DNA of 35,732 bases from Macrostomum lignano. Lineage: Eukaryota. The stretch is from NCBI GenBank assembly GCA_002269645.1, contig NIVC01001768.1, positions 1 through 35,732 on the forward strand, in the 5' to 3' direction. This document shows positions 10,579-21,384 of the stretch, one piece after another. Position 1 is the stretch's first letter; the number at the start of each line of letters is the position of its first letter. The notes under the pieces are model-generated. The model had not been told where the DNA came from. It saw only the letters and a program-made list of their open reading frames with translations, and searched no databases. Both the position numbers and the translations under genes were made by a program.

Positions 10579-11597
10579 GCTGCACTATTTCACCCTCGAT
10601 TTTGAACATGGACAACTTCGAAACTGACAAACTCCTCAATATTGACTCTATGGCCAGGCACTCAAAATCTACAATCATTATAGCTTTTTGCAGCCCATTT
10701 GGGCTTACACGCATTGAATTTAATCCAAGATACGTTTGCTAAAGTACTGGAGCTTTTGTCCATGGTGGCAAGGCTGGTACAGCGGTGTTTAATTTTGTCC
10801 AACAACAACAAGCATCAATTTGGTCCATAGCTTCATTTGGAACTGCTGCGAAGGAGCAAGATAGCCCCAGAATTGTGGACCATATGCTAGGCAGTCCAGT
10901 CGAACGAATGCCATTGACTTGTGATCGAAAGATTCCACAGAGGTGAACACCCAAAGGACATGGCAAGGTTGCTGAATGTAAAAGAAAATATGGTTTACAG
11001 CATCCATCAGCGCGTTGAAACCACTGGCGGCATAGATCGCCTGCGAAGAGGTGGAAATCGCAAAGCAAGTTGCGAGAGCCTCAGGTCCAACTGCTACTCG
11101 ATGCAGTTGAGACGAATCCTTTGTTGACGGAGCAGAAAATGCAGCAGAAGTTGAAGGAACAGCTACAGTTGGTTATCGGATTTTGACTATCTGCAGAGCT
11201 CTGGAAAAGCGACTGAAAATTGTTGATAGAGACGCTGACATTCCAGTGGTACGCAACAATCGCAGACGGTTGAGAGAAGGCAAGGAGTTTGACGAATGGC
11301 TCACGAGCGTTTGGACCAAATGGGTGCTTTTTGGACCAAATTAAATGCCACTGTGCCAGCCTCGCTACTATAGACAAAAGCTCCAGTACATTGGCAAACA
11401 TATCAATGCGCGTAGGCCCAAATGAGCTGCAATTCTTCCAGGAGAAGTTGACGAAACCTGCATTGTCAAAATTGAAGCTCGATCTGTCAATACTGATTGC
11501 AGATTTTGAGTGCCCGACCGTAGAGCGTTAATATTGAAGAGGAGTTAACCAGTTTCGTGTTCTGCTTGTTCAAAATGAGGGTAAAATGGTGTACAAC
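10579..11597 (+). mobile_element. Internally deleted Tc1/IS630-like DNA transposon remnant with long imperfect inverted repeats
   Basis: Inverted arms at ~10579-10740 and ~11395-11597 (e.g. GGCACTCAAAATCT/AGATTTTGAGTGCC), with TA on both outer sides. Between them lie frameshifted helix-turn-helix transposase fragments (IERFHRGEHPKDMARLLNV...TGGIDRLRRGGNRK; TICRALEKRL). No DDE domain seen. Confidence 0.7.
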
Positions 11598-11742
11598 TAC
11601 ATACACACAGCTAAATAAACAATTCCTAAACAAACAAACAAACAACAAAAATATAATCATGAAACAATATCAAGGCTAAAGAAGCACTGTGGATGCAAAT
11701 ATTAATTATTTATCCTTCTTCACTTATTATTTCTTAAATATG

Positions 11743-12250
11743 CGTTAAAGTTACCCTCGTTTTTAGCTACTAGTAGTAACCTACTAAGCGAAGTAACAAA
11801 CAATATAGAGAAGCTAGCCAGCTATAATTTGCCAACGAAGATTGAAAACACATTTTATCTATTAAAAAAATCAATAATTCCTTAGTGGAAGCAGACTCGC
11901 ATGAATGATCTTTGCATACTGTGGCCTAACCTGTTGCGTTCTATTGTGAAAAGAAGCTTCCATTGGGCTTTTAAGGTGCACTTTTAAATTCCCAACTTAG
12001 AGCCGGTTAGCTTGAAGTCCAATAGCCTGGCTATTGTGCGTTAGTTAGCCTGGCTATAGCCTGGCTATCGTTAAAGTTACCCTCGTTTTTAGCTACTAGT
12101 AGTAACCTACTAAGCGAAGTAACAAACAATATAGAGAAGCTAGCCAGCTATAATTTGCCAACGAAGATTGAAAACAGAATTCCATTGCCACTTTTAAATT
12201 CCCAACTTAGAGCCGGTTAGCTTGAAGTCCAATAGCCTGGCTATTGTGCG
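11743..12250. repeat. Local tandem duplication with an internal deletion in the second copy
   Basis: 108 bp at 11743-11850 is identical to 12069-12176. 62 bp at 11979-12040 is identical to 12189-12250. Confidence 0.92.
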
Positions 12251-13212
12251 CATGAGAAACTTTTGCCTACTGCACAAGCTTATGCACTTAAACAGAATCT
12301 TGCCAATTTTTCAAGAAGACGATACAGCTCAAGGCCTAGTATAGGTCCCCGCAGCCTCATCACATATGTAATTGTAGCTGCCGCAGGTGTCATGTCTGGC
12401 ACAGACTAGCCGGACGCAGACTGCCCTATTCCCAACAACATTTTTGATTCTGCATTGCTAACTGAATGAATCATTACGCTACTATTCACTCTCTCCTTTC
12501 CTTCCTATTGTTTCAGCAAAGTAACTGGGCAGTGGAGTGTGCTAAGAGACTGAATATTGAATTGGGACTGGGGAGACCTGCCACTGTGCAGAAAGCAAGG
12601 AAAGACTGATGCAGGCGGGACAACGGAGGAAAAAAACTACGGAGAGAACCTCCCCCCACAGCCAAGCAGCTTTCAAGGCCGGCCAACATCTTTCCAAACA
12701 AACGCTTGAGATGGGCAGCTAAAACTTGTGGCGCACAATGCCAATTTTCATTCAGCTTTAGATCTTATTCAGCTACTCCTAAAGACTGTGAAAGATGTGG
12801 AAGAACTCGACTGAACAATCAATTCTATACAATAACGAATGGGATGGTTCTGAAAACAATAAAGGACTGCAGGCAGATACCTCGGTGCTCCTCATGCGAA
12901 GAAATGCATGTTCGAAGAAAATATAATCAGATTTAAACTGCTGGAAAACTATGGAAGCAGCTAAAAGCAAATGAAATTTTGAACCATCGTGCAGTTTATT
13001 GTTTTACACAGATGGTGCTTGGCATGGTTCTGTAATATTTTCAGTTAATTTTGGAAAATGATAAACTTGTACTTACTGTACATAGGATTAAACTCAACGC
13101 TCTTTATAGGAATGTTAAATGAAGAAGAATCCAGCTCATGGCTGCGGGCAAGATGAGAGTGGAAAGGAGAGGGAGAGGAGAAATGGTATGGGGTAAAAAA
13201 GATATCTTCTCT

Positions 13213-13879
13213 TAAAAAGAAGAGGGAAAAGACGAGAAGGGAAAGATGGGAGAGAGGAGAGAGAAGAGGGAATAGAGAGGAGAGAGAAGAGAGGGGATAG
13301 AGGGGAGAGAGAAGAGGGGAGAGAGGATAGATGGGAGGGGGGAGAGGGGAGAGAAGGGAGAGGAGAGGGGAGAAGGTACAGAGGGGAGAGAGCAGAGAGG
13401 GGAGAAGGTAGAGAGGGGAGAGGGCAGAGAGGGAAAAGGTACAGAGGGGAGAGGGCAGAGAGGGAAAAGGTACAGAGGGGAGAGGGCAGAGAGGGGAGAA
13501 GGTAGAGGGGAGAGAGGATAGAGGGGAGGGGGAGAGAGGGGAGAAGGTAGAGAGGGGGAGAAGGAAAAGGGTGAGGAGAGAGTGCAGAGAGGGGAGAGGG
13601 GAGAGATAGAAGAGGGGAGGAGAGAAGAGGGGAGAGAGAAGAGGGAAGATAGGAGAGAAAGTAGAGGGGAGAGAGGAGAGAGGGAAAAGAGAGGGGAGAG
13701 AACAGGGGAGAAGAGAGGAGAGAGGGGAAAGAAGGAAGAGAAGGGAGAGGGGGAGAGAGGAGAGGGCAGAGACCAGAGAGGGAAGAGAGGAGAGAGGGAA
13801 GAGAGCAGAGAAAATAGAGAGGAGAGAAGGGAAGGCTTGGAAGAAAAGCTGAGAGAGAAGTAAATAAAGAGAAAAGAGG
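13213..13879. repeat. Polypurine (GA-rich) low-complexity tract
   Basis: About 670 bp of almost exclusively G and A on the + strand, with recurring GAGAGGGGAGAAGGTA-type units. Confidence 0.95.
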
Positions 13880-13912
13880 TCACAGCATATTTAAAAAATT
13901 AGAATATAGGCT

Positions 13913-14098
13913 ACTGGTTTTAAGCCTCTAGGCTCTTTGTCAGGCCAAAAATTAGGGTGTAATGCAATTCAAGTTTGCCTTTTAAGTATTATTTTTGTCA
14001 GTCTGATAAAATAGATAAGGAACTATATTATACAAGAGGTGTACATTAAAAACTCAATTCTGTCTAGCTCTAACTTGTCTCAGAGGCTTTAAACCAGT
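13913..14098. mobile_element. Putative ~186-bp MITE
   Basis: 17-bp inverted repeats ACTGGTTTTAAGCCTCT (13913-13929) and AGAGGCTTTAAACCAGT (14082-14098), 1 mismatch. TSD not convincing. Confidence 0.45.
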
Positions 14099-14755
14099 CA
14101 TTTTCATTGACTATATTTAGTATATTAAAAATTGCTTTTTTTGAAGTACTACAATTAAATACAATGCAGGTATTAAAGATAGGAGCCTAATAATTGATAT
14201 TTGCAAGTACAAGGGGTGTCCCAAAAGTCTATGCACTTTCTTCACTATAGTTTTTTTTCTGACCAATCAGAAACATTAAGTCTGTTGCAGTTGAAAAGAG
14301 AATTATCTGCCCGTTAAAATGACTTTCTGTTTATTTCTGTATCAGCTGGCATTCTTGAGATATGAGCACTTTTCTGCCCCACCCCCTGTGCTACTTTTAC
14401 GAATTGCCATAGACCAAAGCTTTGTACCTCATGCACAAAACAACAAAACATTCAACGAATCAACAAAAAATCTGCAACATGAAAGCTGAGGAAAGAAAAG
14501 TTAAAAGTTAATCATCATTGTCCTGAGGCTTCTCCACATAGTCACCACTGGGTGCGCTGCACACTTCTGCCATCAGCTGTGCACAGGGGGTGGGACAGAA
14601 AAGTGTTCATATGCTCTTGGAGCCACAAGATAGGCTCTGAAAGATTAAAAAACTAGAAGCTGGTCTTAGTCCCTAGGGAGAAAGAGCATGTGGTGAGTGG
14701 GTGTAGCATTTGCAGTGGGATGACCCACAGTAATAGAACCCTTTGGGGTACAACT

Positions 14756-14802
<47 letters not shown>
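14756..14802. repeat. (GA)n microsatellite
   Basis: Direct reading of the sequence. Confidence 0.95.
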
Positions 14803-14808
<6 letters not shown>

Positions 14809-14821
14809 TTAATCATCCATA

Positions 14822-15590
14822 GGCCCATTCCATATAAGATGGACATATTTGGAAAATAGAAAAAAGTCAATGTTTTTGCTTGTCATTGCCTTATCAACCA
14901 ATTTTTTACCAAATCTTTTTTGTATGTAATGTATACAATCTAAGAATAAATAAATGATAAAATGTTGGATTAGTATGTTATCAATTGGCAAAAAGTTATT
15001 TTTGTAAAAAAATGGACATTTTCTAAGCAAAAGACATTATTAAGTTTATGTACCTTTTAAAAACAAATAGAAAGCTTTAGAAGGTTAAAACAAACTATAT
15101 ATAAAATTATAGTGCTTGCATCATCAGATAAAAACATTAGCAACCATATAATGTATTATATTTTTAATATATTAGTACTTCAGTTACTGAATTGACAGAA
15201 AAAAATATGTTATGACCATAAGGCTGCCTTTTCTTTTGTATGTTTGTTGTCTTTTTGAGTTTATATATTCTAATAAAAGAGTATGACTTCTAAAGATGTT
15301 CTTAGTCAAATTTAAAAAAACTATTGCAAAATATCAAAAATGAAAAATGTTATAAGACTTTTACCTTTTCGTTTCTACATGTCAAAAATCCTATTGTTAC
15401 AACCATAAGTGCCATTCAAGGTTTAATAGCATCTATACTAATGATGATATCTATATGAAACTTTATAAACATATTCTTGACAAAATAATCTTTCATTCAA
15501 AATATTGGTTTAGTATATTCTATTATTAGATTTCATTTTATAAGTACAAATAGTCTGTCATGTTACGACCATAATTATATGGAATGGCCC
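14822..15590. mobile_element. Non-autonomous DNA transposon, copy 1 (769 bp, 16-bp TIR, 4-bp TSD CATA)
   Basis: TIRs GGCCCATTCCATATAA (14822-14837) and TTATATGGAATGGCCC (15575-15590), 1 mismatch. CATA on both flanks. The interior is the inverted homolog of 24156-24941. Confidence 0.9.
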
Positions 15591-16201
15591 CATAGAGTTA
15601 AGAGATGGAAAACTAAGCTCTTTTTCTATAATCTTTCTATCCTAAATTTTATCTAACTCAACACATAGATTTGCAAAACCCCAAATAACCTTTAACCCTC
15701 ACACTTAGCAACCTACTAGAACTAAAAAAATTCATGTACAACTAGAAAAGTGAGTCCCAGATTTTTATTGCTTAAACCCCCACCATTGTTAACCACGCGA
15801 AGACATCCCACTGGCAGTGGGGAAGGTCAAAATGGCCAATTGGCCTATCTCAAACTGGAGTGGCACTTTGTTTTTCCTGTACAGTTTTTAGATCTCAACT
15901 CACTCCTTTTGTATTGGTCTATGGACTATCCAGTTGGCTCAAATTCAAGTCTTAAACCCAGTTATTTTCCTTGAAGTTACACAGAGCAAAATACTTGTGA
16001 GATTCAAATTCAGCCTAGATACTAGAAGATACTATCAGTTTATACAGTTTTCTCTGGTGGCCTGATAAGAGATAAAGAGCTGTTAGAACCTTAGACCACT
16101 AGACCTAGATTTTAGAAAGTAAGACTAACACTTAAGCCTAGAGAAAATGTGTATAAGTTTTGTTTCATTCTTGGGACATGGTGTTGATGTTACTACCATG
16201 A

Positions 16202-16216
16202 TGTATATATATATGT

Positions 16217-16258
<42 letters not shown>

Positions 16259-16283
16259 TATATTATATAATAATATATAAATA
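16202..16283. repeat. (TA)n-rich microsatellite
   Basis: Direct reading of the sequence. Confidence 0.93.
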
Positions 16284-16673
16284 TATAAATATAAATATAA
16301 TATATAATCCCACCTGCAATCCCACCTCCCACATTGTAATCCCACCTGCTGAGATTGTACCTGCTGCCAAGCTGCTAAATCTGATGGATGGCACATTCCC
16401 TTTGCACTACATGTATGATATGACTTATCTTGAAGAGTTCCTTTGATGTCGCATGTACCCTACCAACGTCTTTGGTCATACATGCCCAACAACACCTGTC
16501 CGACCCGTCCAAACCAGATGGGTGAAATGGCTACCAGCCAAGGTAAGTCGCAAAATTGAAATGGGAAAAACAAAAAATTGGGGGAAGAAAGAAAGGAGAG
16601 GAAGAGAAAAGGAAAAGAAAGGAAGGAGAGAGGGAAAGAGGAGAGAGAAAGAGAAAGAGAAGAAAAGAGAACA

Positions 16674-16925
16674 GAGGAACTAAGTAGCAATTAGGAGGAA
16701 CTAAGTTGCAATCAGGAGGAACTAAGTCGCAATCGGGAGGAATTAAGTCACAATCGGGAGGCACTAAGTCACAATCAGGAGGAACTAAGTCGCAATTAGG
16801 AGGAACTAAATCACAATTGAGAGGAACTAATTTGCAATCAGGAGGAACTAAGTCGCAATCGGGAGGAACTAAGTTGCAATTGGGAGGAACTAAGTCGCAA
16901 TTGGGAGGAACTAAGTTGCAATTGG
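16674..16925. repeat. 21-bp minisatellite, ~12 copies, inside the hAT element
   Basis: Unit GGAGGAACTAAGTCGCAATC(A/G), which gives the 7-aa periodic ORF QSGGTKS. Confidence 0.93.
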
Positions 16926-17518
16926 AAGATTTTTTGCCTGTCCTCTAGGCATTGCAGTAGTGTATCTAGGCATTGTATATATGGCAAATTTTCAAAGGCA
17001 TGATACATAGAAGGCTCCAATTTGTGTGCAGCACAATGGTGTTGGAAGAAATTGTTTTTTGCCCATGGTTTTAGCAAACTTGTAAGTCCAACCTAATTTC
17101 CTGTCATCACAGATGCTTTATCTGTTGTAACACCTTGTGGGTTGTTGCATCTGCAACATCTCAATCTCAATTTTTGCATTCTACACAGATAGATCTCTAT
17201 TAGAAGCAACAACCTCTGGATTTTGCACCGCCATTAACAGTTTCTCTCTGTGTGGGATGGTGATGCTTCTAGTTCTCTTGAATGTGCTACAGATGCACCA
17301 TCACCTGATCCCTAGGCTGCACTTAAGATTGCTGGTAAATTTTATTCTAATATTCAATGTGTACCAGAATCATCATTAACTTTCCAGGAGTTTCACGACC
17401 AAGTTTCCATCATGTAAAGAGCAATGGCTTTTGCTCTTCAGCTACAGAAAGGGGGCACCAGTTGATAGAATAGTCTTCATGGCCTTTTTCATCCCATTCA
17501 CATGCAGGATTCAGTATA

Positions 17519-18823
17519 CGAGGGCTGAGCAATAAGTTTCTGGGTGTGCATAGTTGAGAGGCAGCTGACAAAATCTGACACCATGGGTGTAAATTACATT
17601 ATATAAGTACAATGTTTGTAAAGTTTCAAACACACTGGTCATATATAGCCAGTGCAGCATCCCAAACCAAGCTAGCATAGCCACCCTATCTATCAAATTC
17701 ACAATGGAGCTCAATAGGAGTCATTTTAGAGCAATGATTTATTACCATTTTAAAAGTGGTTTGCGGCAGCAAGAAAGTCTTGAGCGATTGCGAGGAGCAT
17801 TTGGGGATGAAACATTATCTAGATCCACCATTTTTGACTGGTTTGCCAAATTTTGATGTGGCAGGCAGAGTCTGGATGATGAGGAGCACAGCGGCTGGTC
17901 TGTCTCCACAATGACTGAGGATAATGTTGCTGCTGTCCAGGCCATGGTTGAGGATGATGCCCGAGTGACTAGCCCAGATAGAGGCAGAGGTGGGTATTTC
18001 ATCAGGATCCATCAGGACGATCCTGCATTCACATCTTAACCTAAGCAAGATTTCTGCACGCTGGGTGCCTCATCAGCTGACTCTGGAGCAGGAGGCTCGG
18101 GTGACCTGGTGTCACACTATGCTCAATAGATTCAATGGAGGCAGCTCAAACTCAGTCTGGATATTGTCAGTGGTGACGAGTCCTAGATCCATAGTTTCGA
18201 CCCGGAGACTAAGCAGCAGTCGGCCCAGTGGACTCCAGTTGGTGGCACCTCACCATCTCAGCTTTGGCGAGCGAGAGCACAGCATGGTAAAACAGATGGT
18301 GGCCGTTTTTGTGGTGAAAACTGGTCACCTGGCCAGGGTTCCACTCGTGCAGCAGCGCACAGTCACCGGTGACTGGTACGCCAATGTTTGCCTGCCAGAA
18401 ATGCTGAGCGCTCTCTCCAGGCATCACCCAAGGACTCGAGCTTGGGGCATCCTTCTCCATCACGACAACGCCCTGGCCCACAAGGCTCGACAGGTGGCAG
18501 AGTTCCTGGCCAGAGAGCGCATTCAAGAGCTTGGTCATCCACCCTACAGCCCCAACCTGGCCCCTGCAACTTTTTTGTGTTTCCACAAATCAAGCACAAG
18601 ATGCGTGGAATCCGCTATGGATCACCAGAAGCTGCAGTGGAGGCTTTCATCTGGCATGTGGAGGAGGTGCCTGCTTCAGATTGGTCTAGCTGCTTCAGCA
18701 AGTGGTAAAGCGCATGAAAATTTATATCAAATCTGCTGGAGAGTACTTTGAAATGATGTAACTGTTTTTTCTCTCTAACTATTTCTGTCTGGGCACATCC
18801 AGAAACTTATTGCTTAGCCCTTA
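17519..18823 (+). mobile_element. Full-length but decayed mariner transposon nested in the hAT element
   Basis: 31-bp TIRs at 17519-17549 and 18793-18823 with 4 mismatches, all transitions. TA at 17517-17518 and 18824-18825. Length 1305 bp. Confidence 0.95.
17704..18761 (+). pseudogene. Mariner transposase pseudogene
   Basis: MELNRSHFRAMIYYHF start, WVPHQL, VSGDES, HHDNA, YSPNLAP and a GEYFEM end. In-frame TGA at 17854-17856, further stops, several frameshifts, and the third catalytic Asp changed to Asn. Confidence 0.93.
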
Positions 18824-21326
18824 TATAGTCAGGTACAGGTCTATCTTTAAGTGAAGTATATAATGACTCAAAGAATATACACTTTAGTCCTTCAGTGTGG
18901 TGGTACATAGGTAAGTTGCAAATCTGGACAAAACTAAGTCGCACCAGACAGGTGAAATTTTGAGGTTGGGCATGTATGTCTTTGGTGCAGTGCTATATTG
19001 GATTGCCTATTACTATCCCCTACATTCAAAAGTAAAAATAATTTCGCGAAACAAACTGCAACATTGCCTTAAAGAGTTATCTACCTTTAAAATAATATTA
19101 ATATAGCTATAGAGTTGGCTTAAAATTATATAAAGGTAAAAATATGGTTTTTGTATTTTTATCTATCCCTAGGCCTAGTCATCCTTTTTTAAATTAGGCC
19201 CTAATATTTTAGGTCACTGGTCAGATTGTCATATTCCATTTTTTCATACCAGATAAGAAGTGACTAGAAGCAAAGTAGATTTGAAAAGTAATATGACAAA
19301 GTGACAGAATATTTAGTTATGCTAGATATTTTGTCATTAACCAATCAATCTATATAAGATTCGAGTTAATATAAAACTATTTTTTTATTAACTATAAGCT
19401 GCAGCAAGCAGAAAACGATTGATTGCCAAATTTTATCAATCAAGATGACAAAATAACTAGGATCATTGACATTAGGATTCCAAGTAAATATGTTTAATTG
19501 CCATATTAATTCACTTGGAAGTTGGAACTAATATGATTGGTAAATGACGGAATGACTCTCTTCAGGTAGTGTATGCTAGGCCTAATTATGATGACAAAGT
19601 GACCTTAGTCAAGGTAAGCACCCCAGAAACCCCAGATGACAAAGTGGCAAATGAAAAAATGACTAGGAACCATTTTTAAAGACTAAATCAGGGACGGCAG
19701 AGCCTACCATTTTAGGGGGTGGGGCACCAGGCATAGGGCAAGGGGGCACAGGTATCTTTGTAACTGCTAATTAGGGCCTAAAATCAGAAAAGCACTAAGA
19801 ATTACCATGTGGACTCATTTTGGAGCCACAAGCTCCTGCCACCCATGGACTAGGGGGCCTAAATAATAAAAAGTATAAGTCATAATCAAATTACTAGGGA
19901 GAGCCTACAACTTTGCTCCTGGCTGGCCCCTGGCAAAAATATTCTGCGATGGCATCTAATCCGGCTATGCAAGACCTAGAGATTGACTGACTAAAGGCTT
20001 GCTGTGGACTGTGGCTCTGTCTCAGGACACAACACAACGCAAGTCAAGTGCAAATCTGGCCTTGCTTGATTATAAGAACTTCTGAATTACCAAAAAAACT
20101 TCTGCCTGCCACTGCCACTACCAGCAGCTTGCTGAGTATCTGTGGCTCTGTATTATATCTGAATACGAATATATCGTAGGGCCTATATATCCATGAGAGT
20201 CGATTGTCGTTTCCTGTAAATTAAATAAATAAATCGTTTTTTGCGCAAAGACAAGAGTAACAAACAGTGTAGTAAATACAAAAAATAATAGTGGACGATC
20301 GATTTTGTGTTACAATTGTAGATAAAAGCATTTTCCAACACTTATGGCTAATGCAATCTAATTTACATTAGACATTATGAACTTGACGCTTGTTAGTCAT
20401 TTTTTGTAGCAAACAAATTAAAATTAAAATTCATCATTTATAAAATGTGAAGCCCATTATACCTGATATAGTAGACTTTTTTGAAGTCTTAACCAACTTT
20501 TTTGTGTTAAATATACTTAAGACTCGGAAAAATTGTCACTGTTTTAACTTTTTTAATGGGTAGGCCTAACTATCTATTGCCCCTTGCTTGCCCCTAGGCC
20601 CCAGCCCAGACAGTTGGGTTAGGCTAGGGCCAAGGGCCTAGTGCAGCGCCTAGCCTAGAAGACTACTTTTAATAGGCCTATACTTAATAAATGTCTAACC
20701 ACAAAAAGAAAAAGAAATTAGGTTTTGGCATAATAAGTATAAGTATTGGCATAGGCCTATAATATAATCATATAAAATGTTTTTTCTTTTATATAGGCCT
20801 AGGCCTAATTATCAGGTAGGGGCCTATTGATTGTTATGTGCTATAGGGGTCAATTTCTTAACTATGAAATATCCTACTGCTATCACTATTATAATAAGGT
20901 TCTTGCTCTATCCTTTTGGAATAGGGCCTAGGACCCTATTGTTTAGGCCTATTTTCAAGGCTGTGATATTGAATACTGATAGTAGGACCTAGGCCCTTAG
21001 TGTTATATTATCGGCCTATCTCTTAAAATCAACTAGGCCCTAATGTCACCAAGTTGTAACAAGGATTTTTGTTCTAGTTATTAGATATAATAAGCTCTAG
21101 TATAGTACTAGCAATCAGTGCCCCTTGTTAGGGAGCCAAAAAAATAGGCCTAGTAAAAGTTTTTTTAATAAACTATATCTCAGTGTCTCTTTGCAATATA
21201 CCTTAGCAGTTCCTTGTAAGCCTTGACATGTTAGCAATTTTCTCTATAAGCCTTAATATATCAAGTTCCCCCTTTGACATCTTAGCGATACCCTTTATAA
21301 GCTTTGAAATCTTAAAAAATCTGTCA

Positions 21327-21384
21327 ACCTAACTTTAACCCTAGCCTAACCTTACCCTAACCCTAACCCTAACCTTAACCCTAA
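21327..21384. repeat. Short interstitial telomere-like (CCCTAA)n tract
   Basis: CCCTAA x3 at 21355-21372, then CCTTAA CCCTAA, with degenerate units upstream. Confidence 0.7.

Larger units (their letters stand above)
16477..18979. mobile_element. Non-autonomous hAT-like element (8-bp TSD TCTTTGGT) carrying a nested mariner and a 21-bp minisatellite
   Basis: TIRs CATACATGCCCAAC (16477-16490) and GTTGGGGCATGTATG (18965-18979). Identical 8-bp flanks TCTTTGGT at 16469-16476 and 18980-18987. An 8-bp TSD with CA termini is typical of hAT. No intact transposase ORF. Confidence 0.85.

Noticed and set aside
12480-13060. Broken reading frames suggestive of a transposon protein relic
   Set aside because: Multiple stops and no motif I can assign to a family. 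A TBLASTN or HMM search would be needed.
13212-13883. 223-aa Ser/Pro/Leu ORF and 93-aa Glu/Arg/Gly ORF
   Set aside because: Artefacts of the polypurine tract, which cannot encode stop codons on these frames.
19689-19932. Possible old hAT-type MITE with CAGGG...CCCTG ends
   Set aside because: The TIR match is very short and the putative 8-bp TSDs agree at only 5 of 8 positions.
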